Shown here: positions 1 through 6,315 of the stretch, one piece after another
Numbering within the stretch: position 1 is the stretch's first letter
Layout: each line of letters opens with the position of its first letter
Assembly (NCBI RefSeq): GCF_004376175.1
Contig: NZ_SNUY01000003.1
Location: 8,156-16,812, forward strand
DNA from: Halalkalibacterium halodurans
GTDB taxonomy: Bacteria; Bacillota; Bacilli; Bacillales; Bacillaceae_D
DNA length: 8,657 nucleotides
Direction: 5' to 3'
The notes under the pieces: generated by a model
The model's database searches: none
What the model was told of the DNA's origin: nothing
The model's input: only the letters and a program-made list of their open reading frames with translations
Position numbers and translations under genes: made by a program

Positions 1-126
1 TGTCTCATTCCATATATTAAGAAAATGGTTATAGACAAAACGACAAGAACCGAAGGTTCGATTCATTAGGTTTTGTTGTTCTTTGTTTGGATAGATACGA
101 TATCTAAATGCTTTGTTTATTTCCAT
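1..126 (-). CDS. tnpB: IS200/IS605-family TnpB (OrfB) RNA-guided nuclease/accessory transposase, N-terminal 42 codons only; the gene continues beyond the left edge
   Basis: The reverse complement of 1..126 reads [42 protein letters not shown]. This is the characteristic TnpB/OrfB N-terminus (K-A-F-[KR]-Y-R-I-Y-P-x-x-E-Q ... F-G-x-x-R-F-V-Y-N). ATG at 126..124 is preceded by GGAGG (reverse complement of about 137..141). Confidence 0.8.
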   Translation of the reverse strand, partial: MEINKAFRYRIYPNKEQQNLMNRTFGSCRFVYNHFLNIWNET

Positions 127-206
127 GTGAACCGAACCTCCATTCCTGTTTATTACTATTATTCTAGCAAGAACAAGGTTAGTTGACGAATTTTTAAAAG
201 GCAAAA

Positions 207-257
207 GCGATTCATCCCCCCACTTTACACTCTGTAGGAAGTGGGGGGATGAATCGC
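207..257 (-). terminator. Perfect 19-bp stem hairpin with a 13-nt loop, followed on the minus strand by a T-rich tract. Either a rho-independent terminator after the recombinase remnant, or the subterminal left-end hairpin of the tnpB element.
   Basis: GCGATTCATCCCCCCACTT (207..225) is the exact reverse complement of AAGTGGGGGGATGAATCGC (239..257). On the minus strand the stem is followed by TTTTGCCTTTTAAAAA (206..191). Confidence 0.6.
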
Positions 258-298
258 TAATTTTCTGATAAAAATATAAAAGATGAAAAGTTTAGATA

Positions 299-956
299 TT
301 ATATATTTAAACAGAAAAAAGATGTATATACTTCGCGTTCAAGAAAATCATGTAATCTTTCTTTTTGTTGACTTAATTCACTAAATTCTTTTTCTTTAGC
401 TGCCTTTGCCTTCTCCTTATGGGGGACAGCAGAAATAGCCTCTCTTTTTTCAATCATATTCTCTTCTATTTCCATATATCCAACAAGTTCTTCTAAACCT
501 TGGATAATACGTTCTTCTACAAGAGTTAAAATAGCACCTTTCTGTATGCCGCGGCATGAGGCGCTTGCGCAGCGAATCATAATTAGGACGGTCTTTTCTA
601 GGTTGATACTAAAGTGTGTGTCCACAATTCTCGCATTTTAAGATTCCAGCTAAAGGATTGGAAAGGATCTTTGTTTCAACTGTAGAAGGTCTCCAACGTT
701 CTTTGTGAGCTTGGTTTGCGACCTCCCAAAGTTCTTCGGATACTATAGGTTTATGTGCATTTCTTTTAATTATCCAATCTTTAGTCGGAACCTTAATTCG
801 TTTGTACCGACCATTTCTTTTTTCGTACTTAACTTTTCCCCAAATAATATGACCCATATATACTTCATTTTTTACAAATGCTGTAATGGTGGATGGTGAC
901 CAAAATTTTTTTCTCACTCGGTTTTCACTTACGAGAGCCAAAAAGTAAATACCCAA
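299..956 (-). pseudogene. Large serine recombinase remnant: recombinase domain, zinc ribbon and start of the coiled coil. It is frameshifted and lacks the N-terminal resolvase catalytic domain.
   Basis: ORF 609..956 carries ...KKFWSPSTITAFVKNEVYMGHIIWGK...HKPIVSEELWEVANQ...LAGILKCENCGHT, the recombinase-domain to zinc-ribbon transition of SpoIVCA/CisA-like enzymes. The frame stops at 609 and the homology continues in another frame in ORF 299..625 (...IRCASASCRG...LVEERIIQGLEEL...KERLHDFLEREVYT). The frame change falls in the GTGTGTG/CACACAC tract at 614..620. No S-R catalytic domain is readable upstream of 956. Confidence 0.8.
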
Positions 957-1267
957 ATAAAGGTGGCTCTATCCATTTGGTAATTTATTTGCAATTAGAT
1001 AAGTGCAACGACGACAATTTCCTTTTAGGGAATGGCTTTTCCTTCAATTTTCCGAAGCTAAATTTCACAGAAAGCTCACATGGATTTCACAATTTGCAGA
1101 TATAATCAGATATATTAGTGAGATTATCATGAAAAAAATTGGTGTCTGGAAAGGATTTGAATTTAGGGACAAAGATACTTATCACGTTGATACGCCACCT
1201 ACAAGTGAAATTATAGAGATAAAAATTAGCAAAAGATATAACTTACAAACTCAGAGGAGAGAATGTT

Positions 1268-1597
1268 TTGCAAATTAAGAAAGGTAGAATCATACTTCCG
1301 ATAATAATACCGATATTAGTTCTTTTAAGCTTTATCATTCCTAGAGAGACCCTACCGTCCCCGGATACTCGGATTATTCTAGAACATAATTATAAAACGT
1401 ATATTGCTCCTGTTTGTTTTGATCAAGCAAATGCAACAAATTTTTTAGAAGAGTCTACTTTACAAAATGCCCAAGATTTAGACTACAAACAAGAATCTTC
1501 CTGTACTAAGGATGCCCTAAAAGGTGAAAAGGATCGCTTAATTACTAGCTTTCTAAAAGAAGTAGGGATTATCGATAAAAAATGGGATAATTGGTAA
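1268..1597 (+). CDS. Hypothetical signal-anchored (single N-terminal TM) extracytoplasmic protein with two Cys, 109 aa
   Basis: TTG start at 1268 lies 8 nt after a strong SD (AGGAG, 1255..1259). The N-terminus is a basic stretch followed by a hydrophobic helix (KKGRIILPIIIPILVLLSFIIP). The soluble part has Cys50 (YIAPVCF) and Cys79 (ESSCTKD). It is co-oriented with sco, which starts 165 bp downstream. I do not recognise the family. Confidence 0.55.
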   Translation: MQIKKGRIILPIIIPILVLLSFIIPRETLPSPDTRIILEHNYKTYIAPVCFDQANATNFLEESTLQNAQDLDYKQESSCTKDALKGEKDRLITSFLKEVGIIDKKWDNW

Positions 1598-1761
1598 TTG
1601 TGCTGAAATATCACCAGCTCTTGAGAAGCGGGTTTAAGCCCCTGAAGGTGTTAATGTTGGCGTGAAATAGTTACATATGCAAACTGTGAAAAGATTGAAG
1701 TGTGGAAAGAAATGAAGAAAAAGTAATATTGTTAATGTGAACAAGAAAGGGTTGAAATTGG

Positions 1762-2361
1762 ATGAAACATTTTTTTTCTCTTTTAGGCTTGCTTTTAATA
1801 CTAAGCGGATGCGGCTTGTTATATTCAATAGGAGGTTCGGCTACAAGTGATTTTGATTTATCTGAATCGGGTATGGCTGTACCAGAATTTGAGTTTACTA
1901 ATCACTATGGTGAACAATATGGTAGCGAAGATTTGAATGGTCAATACTGGCTTGCAAAGATGGTATTTACCAATTGTCCAACTGTTTGTCCGATCTTGAC
2001 ACCGAATATGATAAACCTTCAAGATGCTATGATTGATGAAGGAGTTGAGATGAAATTTATTTCGTTTACCGTTGATCCTGAAAGAGATACATCTGAACAT
2101 CTCCGAAAGTATGGTCAAAATATTGGAGCAAAAGAAGGATACTGGTATTTTCTCACTGGCTACGACTTTGAAGATTTTCAGAATTTCTCATTAGAAGCTT
2201 TTAATTCGCCTGTTGAAAATCTGGTAGACAGTGACGATATTATGCACAGTACACGCTTTTTTCTTGTAGATCCAGAAGGTCATGTTATTCGCGGATATGA
2301 TGGAATGACAACGGACCAAACAGACATTATTAAAGATTTGATTGAAACAGTAAACGAATAG
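1762..2361 (+). CDS. sco: SCO1/SenC family copper chaperone / thiol-disulfide protein for cytochrome c oxidase CuA assembly; lipoprotein
   Basis: Lipobox LILSGC in MKHFFSLLGLLLILSGCG. Thioredoxin-fold CxxxC motif FTNCPTVCP. Conserved distal His in DIMHSTRFFLVDPEG. Length 199 aa, typical of BsSco/YpmQ. Confidence 0.93.
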   Translation: MKHFFSLLGLLLILSGCGLLYSIGGSATSDFDLSESGMAVPEFEFTNHYGEQYGSEDLNGQYWLAKMVFTNCPTVCPILTPNMINLQDAMIDEGVEMKFISFTVDPERDTSEHLRKYGQNIGAKEGYWYFLTGYDFEDFQNFSLEAFNSPVENLVDSDDIMHSTRFFLVDPEGHVIRGYDGMTTDQTDIIKDLIETVNE

Positions 2362-2370
2362 AAAAGTATC

Positions 2371-2413
2371 AATGCTCTTTTAAAAAAAGGGGGCATTAAT
2401 TTTCTTTTTTTTC
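2371..2413 (+). terminator. Weak candidate rho-independent terminator after sco
   Basis: AATGCTC (2371..2377) can pair with GGGCATT (2391..2397), giving 7 bp including one G-U, with a 13-nt A/T loop. It is followed by TTTCTTTTTTTT (2401..2412). The stem is short and the loop long. Confidence 0.3.
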
Positions 2414-2513
2414 TTATTTTTCCGATTGATAGTTTTGTTATTTTAGGCCGCATCCTGAAACAATAAGGTAGTTGTAACAGGGAGAATAGTAAATTCCCCA
2501 TAGTTAACTACAC

Positions 2514-2975
2514 TTATTGAATACTTGTCATTAGGCCCAGATAAGCTGAAAAGACAAAAAATAGACTCATGAGAAAGGCAAAAATTGCTGGTGCCTTTTT
2601 CAAGAAAGCATAAAGAAGTAACAGTAAAAAGAAGATCGATAATGCGAATAAAATTAAACTTATGCTTGTAAGACTGAATTGAATTTGGTTATACATCTCT
2701 ACTTGGCTGCCATAAAAATATTGAAATAAATCAGAAACGCCATTTGTCCGAAGCGTTGAAGGAATATCGTGTGTGGGCGCTTGCTGTCCAAGTACTGCGG
2801 TTGCTGAAAAAATGAAAAGCAGCAGGGAACTTTCAGCTTTTGCCCACGGCTTTGGATTAAATGTTTCATCTTTTCTTAGTTTTCGATCGAGCCATATGCC
2901 ATTGATACAGGCAAATACAAGCAAAGGAATAATCAATAAATGTTTAAAGAGAAGTGCCTGACCATAGTCTAGCAT
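2514..2975 (-). pseudogene. CopD-family (copper resistance protein D / YcnJ C-terminal-like) membrane protein, 3-prime fragment only
   Basis: 153 aa with four predicted TM helices. It begins with the CopD-type motif YGQALLFKHLLIIPLLVFACINGIW (YG..LL.K..L......A.N). An in-frame TGA lies immediately upstream of the ATG at 2975 and there is no SD. Full CopD proteins have about 8 TM helices, so the 5-prime half is missing. Confidence 0.55.
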
Positions 2976-3172
2976 TCATGCATTTGGAAATATGGAAAGA
3001 GGGACAATCTGACGATCAACACGAGAAAGTGGAGGGGCAATTGGACAAGAAGGAAGAAATCTACTATGTAGACAAAACATTTCCTGAACCTGGTCATTAT
3101 TATGTTATTGCTCACGTTACGGCTAGAGGCATGCACAATATGTCAAAGATAGAGATCGAAGTAAGTGAATAA
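2954..3172 (+). pseudogene. YtkA-like / FixH-like (Ig-fold, His/Met-rich) extracytoplasmic domain protein, C-terminal ~65 aa fragment
   Basis: ...FMHLEIWKEGQSDDQHEKVEG....IYYVDKTFPEPGHYYVIAHVTARGMHNMSKIEIEV matches the EIWK.G...HEK ... G.Y ... HVTARGMH.M pattern I recall for Bacillus YtkA-like proteins. There is no signal peptide or lipobox, no SD, and the GTG/ATG starts are unsupported. The homology begins about 2975. Confidence 0.5.
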
Positions 3173-3246
3173 TTCGAGAAAATCAAAAAAATGCATTACG
3201 AAAAGACTTGTACAAGTAACTTAACCCTAATCATAACATCAGTGGG

Positions 3247-3270
3247 AACTGCCATTTGGCAGTTTTTTTT
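3247..3270 (+). terminator. Rho-independent terminator
   Basis: AACTGCC (3247..3253), loop ATTT, GGCAGTT (3258..3264), then a T run to 3270. Confidence 0.75.
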
Positions 3271-3286
3271 AATTTAAAAAATAATC

Positions 3287-3318
3287 TTGACAATATGAGA
3301 ATATGCTCATATTATAAT
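3287..3318 (+). promoter_or_regulatory. SigmaA-type promoter of the feoAB operon, with a 7-6-7 inverted repeat (candidate metalloregulator operator) filling the spacer
   Basis: Consensus -35 TTGACA at 3287..3292. -10 candidates are TATTAT at 3310..3315 (17-bp spacer) and consensus TATAAT at 3313..3318 (20-bp spacer). ATATGAG (3293..3299) and CTCATAT (3306..3312) form a perfect inverted repeat. The site lies 44 bp upstream of the feoA ATG. Confidence 0.55.
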
Positions 3319-3361
3319 ACTAAAAGTTGCATAAGGGAAAAATAAAAGCAGAGGGGAAAGA

Positions 3362-3607
3362 ATGATGGCTTGGTCAAATAATATAAAATTGTTTGAAGGG
3401 AAAAAAGGGGATTTCATTCGTATTACTCATTTAGAAATCGATGGTGTCATGAGAAGGAGACTCTTAGATTTAGGATTTGTGCCGGGAGCTATTGTAGAGG
3501 TACTAAGAAAAAGTCCTTTGGGTGACCCGATTGCTTTTCGGGTAAGTCAAACCTCTATAGCGTTAAGAAAAGAGGAAAGTTCAAAAATTCAAGGGGAGTT
3601 GATTTAA
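3362..3607 (+). CDS. feoA: Ferrous iron transport protein A (FeoA domain)
   Basis: 81 aa. FeoA/SH3-like pattern RRRLLDLGFVPGAIVEVLRKSPLGDPIAFRVSQTSIALRKEE. SD GAGGGG at 3351..3356. Tandem ATG ATG at 3362/3365. Stop lies 2 nt before the next start. Confidence 0.9.
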   Translation: MMAWSNNIKLFEGKKGDFIRITHLEIDGVMRRRLLDLGFVPGAIVEVLRKSPLGDPIAFRVSQTSIALRKEESSKIQGELI

Positions 3608-3609
3608 TC

Positions 3610-4299
3610 ATGACTGAATCCTTCCGTATTGCCCTCGCAGGTAATCCTAATACAGGAAAAAGTACTTTATTTAACCTGTTAACCGGACTAAAACAACATA
3701 CTGGTAATTGGGCTGGAAAAACTGTGAATCTGAAGACTGGTTTGTTTTCATTCAAGAATAATAAGTACGAAATGATTGATTTACCTGGAACCTATTCTCT
3801 ATTTTCAAATTCGATGGATGAAAAGATTGCTCGTGATTACCTTGTATTTGAAAAGCCAGATGTTACTTTGGTTATCTTGGATGCTACTGCACTTGAGAGA
3901 AATATGAATTTAGCTTTACAAGTGATGGAAATTACAGACCGAGTCATTATCTGTATAAACTTAATTGATGAAGCTGAAAAATTAGGAATTGAAATCAATG
4001 ACAAAGTATTGATGAAACGTTTAGGTGTTCCCGTTATTAAGGTTTCGGCTAGAAATAAATCAGGAATATCCATGCTTCTCGATACCATTGACCGTGTAGT
4101 ATCGGGCACCATCCTATGTACCCCATATCAAGTTACCTATGATGATGAAACGGAACAAAAAATTAAATTGTTATTGCCGAAAGTCCTAGAAATTTCTGGA
4201 GATAAATTTCCAGCTAGATGGTTGTCTTTGAGAATGCTAGATGGTGATAGAGACCTTTTACAGATGATCGAAATGCATATTAGTAAAATGGAGGTGTAA
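3610..4299 (+). CDS. feoB: FeoB N-terminal part: small GTPase (G) domain plus the first helices of the helical domain, as a separate 229-aa ORF
   Basis: G1 GNPNTGKS, G3 DLPG, G4 NLID and G5 VSA in IALAGNPNTGKSTLFNLLTG...DLPGTYSL...ICINLIDEA...VIKVSARN. Followed by ...ARWLSLRMLDGDRDLL, which is typical of the FeoB helical domain. TAA stop at 4297..4299. Confidence 0.9.
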   Translation: MTESFRIALAGNPNTGKSTLFNLLTGLKQHTGNWAGKTVNLKTGLFSFKNNKYEMIDLPGTYSLFSNSMDEKIARDYLVFEKPDVTLVILDATALERNMNLALQVMEITDRVIICINLIDEAEKLGIEINDKVLMKRLGVPVIKVSARNKSGISMLLDTIDRVVSGTILCTPYQVTYDDETEQKIKLLLPKVLEISGDKFPARWLSLRMLDGDRDLLQMIEMHISKMEV

Positions 4300-4303
4300 A
4301 GGG

Positions 4304-5707
4304 ATGGAGATACAACCATCGGCAAATAAAGAAAATGGAATACATGAATTGCTCTCATTGGCTGACCAGCTCTCTTCTTCCACTGTTCGTGACAAAATTG
4401 TTGAACAGCTTTATAAAAAAAGTAATGAATTTATAAAAGAGGGTGTAGTATTTACAAGAACAAAACATGATCAAAGAACAGAGAAATTAGATGCCATTTT
4501 TACTTCTCCCATTTTTGGATTTCCTATTATGCTCATTATGCTTGGGGTAATTTTTTATTTAACGATTGCGGGGGCAAACGTACCTTCTAGCATGTTAGCT
4601 AGTTTCTTTGGATGGATTGAGGGATATTTGACCTTAATTTTTACTACTCTAAATGCTCCTGAGTGGCTTCATGGTGTTCTTGTCTTGGGGTTATATAGAG
4701 GAACAAGTTGGGTTATTAGTGTGATGCTTCCTCCAATGGCTATCTTTTTTCCGACTTTTGCACTTCTTGAGAATTATGGATATTTGCCACGTGTAGCTTT
4801 TAATATGGATCGGTTATTTAAGACAGTTGGGGCACATGGAAAGCAATCATTAACGATGGCAATGGGGTTTGGATGTAATGCTGCAGCAGTCATGTCCTCG
4901 AGAATTATTGAATCCCCTCGCGAACGTATGTTGGCTATACTGACAAATAACTTTGTTCCTTGTAACGGGCGTTGGGGGACACTAATTGTTCTGGCATCGC
5001 TATTTATGGCCGCGGGTTTTACCGGTGGAATGAAATCCTTGGTTACAACATCAGTTATTGTGGGAATTGTATTGTTCGGTATTATTATCACATTTCTTGT
5101 TTCATGGGTACTTTCTAAAACAGCTTTAAAGGGAGTTCCAACACATTATACTTTAGAATTACCTCCATATAGAAAACCTAAATTTGTAGACACGGTTATC
5201 CGATCTTCCCTAACTAAATCTTTATCTGTGTTAAATCGTGCCATTAAAGTGGCGGCACCAGCAGGTATTCTAACGTGGGTTTTAGCCAATATTCAGTTGG
5301 GAGACACTAGTATCCTGTTGCATATCGTAAACTTTTTAGATCCGTTAGGGCAGACAATCGGATTAGATGGATTTATCTTAATGGCATTTTTAATTGGTCT
5401 TCCAGCGAATGAAATTGTACTACCAATATTATTAATGGGATACTTATCAACTGGTGCATTAATTGATGTAGACGGAATCGAGGATTTGAAGCACATTTTC
5501 CTAAACAACGGATGGACCTGGTTAACAGGCCTTAATATGATGCTATTTTCATTGTTGCATTACCCATGCGGAACAACTCTCGTGAATATCTGGAAAGAAA
5601 CAAAAAGTCTAAAATGGACATTCTGGTCTTTTATGATTCCAACAGGGATTGCTTTTTTAGTTACTTTCATTATTGCTCAATTTGTAAGATTCATGGGATG
5701 GGTATAG
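4304..5707 (+). CDS. feoB: FeoB C-terminal part: rest of the helical linker plus the polytopic membrane permease (gate / nucleoside-recognition-type domains), 467 aa
   Basis: ATG at 4304 lies 9 nt after GGAGG (4290..4294). The sequence runs ...TEKLDAIFTSPIFGFPIMLIMLGVIFYLT... and then has multiple TM segments with FeoB motifs (GYLPRVAFNMDRLF, GFGCNAAAVM, LPPYRKP). The frame differs from that of 3610..4299. Confidence 0.9.
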   Translation: MEIQPSANKENGIHELLSLADQLSSSTVRDKIVEQLYKKSNEFIKEGVVFTRTKHDQRTEKLDAIFTSPIFGFPIMLIMLGVIFYLTIAGANVPSSMLASFFGWIEGYLTLIFTTLNAPEWLHGVLVLGLYRGTSWVISVMLPPMAIFFPTFALLENYGYLPRVAFNMDRLFKTVGAHGKQSLTMAMGFGCNAAAVMSSRIIESPRERMLAILTNNFVPCNGRWGTLIVLASLFMAAGFTGGMKSLVTTSVIVGIVLFGIIITFLVSWVLSKTALKGVPTHYTLELPPYRKPKFVDTVIRSSLTKSLSVLNRAIKVAAPAGILTWVLANIQLGDTSILLHIVNFLDPLGQTIGLDGFILMAFLIGLPANEIVLPILLMGYLSTGALIDVDGIEDLKHIFLNNGWTWLTGLNMMLFSLLHYPCGTTLVNIWKETKSLKWTFWSFMIPTGIAFLVTFIIAQFVRFMGWV

Positions 5708-5742
5708 GTAGGGGAAAACGATGAAAAAATAGACATTAGAAA

Positions 5743-5768
5743 ACGGCAGCCATTTAGCTGCTGTTTTG
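5743..5768. terminator. Rho-independent terminator after feoB, with T/A runs on both sides (possibly bidirectional)
   Basis: ACGGCAGC (5743..5750), loop CATTTA, GCTGCTGT (5757..5764). The stem is 8 bp with one G-U and is followed by TTTTGCTTATTCTTT. On the minus strand the hairpin is followed by TTTTCTAATG. Confidence 0.6.
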
Positions 5769-5891
5769 CTTATTCTTTAGGTATTGGTGTAGGAGTAGGA
5801 GGTGTTCCTAAACTCTCATACTTTTTATCAATGTTTTCACGGATTGCTTTTAGATCCGTACCTTTTTCAAACTCTTGTTTCTAATTTAAGT

Positions 5892-6315
5892 AAAAAAGCT
5901 ACAGTAACCGCAGACATCCTAAACGTACGTTCAGGACCTTCTACGTCTTATGAAGTTATCGGTCAATTGCCCTTTCGCTTAATAAAACTGTTTATGTATA
6001 TGATCCTGAAAGCGGAGAGGAAATTGACCGTGTAGATGTAGGAGTAATGCCTGTTGATTTTTACGGAGATAAGTTAAGTCCTTATATTTTTCAAATAATG
6101 TTTATAGAATAAATAAAGAAAATAGAACTGTAAGCAGTCCGATTGACGTAGGAAATAATCTATATGATATTACTGGTGATATGCAAAATATTTATGTTTC
6201 AAGTATCGATGGTAACTCGCTTTCAGTTATTGATAGAGCAAAATTTAAATTAGAAAAAAATATACCTTTAGAAAAAGGACTATATTTAATGATATTAGGT
6301 GGGAACAATGAATGA
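5892..6315 (+). pseudogene. Composite remnant of a surface/secreted protein: an SH3b-domain fragment joined to about 2.5 blades of a YVTN-type beta-propeller repeat, frameshifted
   Basis: Frame 3, 5892..5969: KKATVTADILNVRSGPSTSYEVIGQL (start of a bacterial SH3 domain). Frame 2, 5981..6109: NKTVYVYDPESGEEIDRVDVGVMPVDFYGDK. Frame 1, 6079..6312: LYFSNNVYRINKENRTVSSPIDVGNNLYDITGDMQNIYVSSIDGNSLSVIDRAKFKLEKNIPLEKG. The [VY]V.N...N.[VL]SVID / VG..P pattern is YVTN/YncE-like. No start codon or signal peptide. At least two frame changes (about 5970..5980 and about 6075..6085). Confidence 0.5.

Noticed and set aside
705-1105. Plus-strand ORFs 705..899 and 893..1105
   Set aside because: They lie antisense to, or just upstream of, the recombinase remnant. 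They have low-complexity, Phe/Asn-rich composition typical of shadow frames in AT-rich DNA, and no SD.
1003-1278. ORF 1003..1278, including a possible internal start at ATG 1129 (MKKIGVWKGFEFRDKDTYHVDT...)
   Set aside because: There is no recognisable domain, only a weak SD (GTGAG), and no clear promoter. It overlaps the better-supported TTG 1268 gene by 11 nt. It could be a small coupled gene, but I cannot support that.
1634-2501. Minus-strand ORFs 1634..1828, 1858..2118 and 2280..2501
   Set aside because: They are antisense shadows of sco and its flanks, with no SD and implausible composition.
2773-2961. Plus-strand ORF 2773..2961
   Set aside because: It is antisense to the CopD-like fragment, whose TM-helix pattern and motif identify the minus strand as the real coding strand.
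3293-3316. Canonical Fur box
   Set aside because: The half-sites resemble TGATAAT/ATTATCA, but the 7-1-7 spacing is short by one base. The 19-bp GATAATGATAATCATTATC form matches only at isolated hexamers. I call it Fur-like at most.
3287-3318. MerR-type activated promoter (consensus -35 and -10 separated by a 20-bp spacer containing a dyad)
   Set aside because: The architecture is tempting. However, a near-consensus TATTAT sits at the optimal 17-bp spacing from TTGACA, so an ordinary sigmaA promoter with a repressor operator explains the same sequence without invoking spacer distortion.
3555-5508. Minus-strand ORFs 3555..3755, 3837..4112, 4137..4358, 4774..5091 and 5293..5508
   Set aside because: All are antisense to the well-supported feoA and feoB coding frames.
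5721-5732. FeoC or FeoB-associated Cys-rich small protein after feoB
   Set aside because: Only a 3-codon ORF (ATG AAA AAA TAG) lies between the feoB stop and the terminator, so there is no candidate small gene.
5802-6035. ORF 5802..6035 as a real 77-aa gene
   Set aside because: Only residues 31..56 look like protein (an SH3b fragment). The N-terminal part is antisense to another open frame. The C-terminal part is an out-of-frame reading of the YVTN repeat. I treat it as part of a pseudogene.
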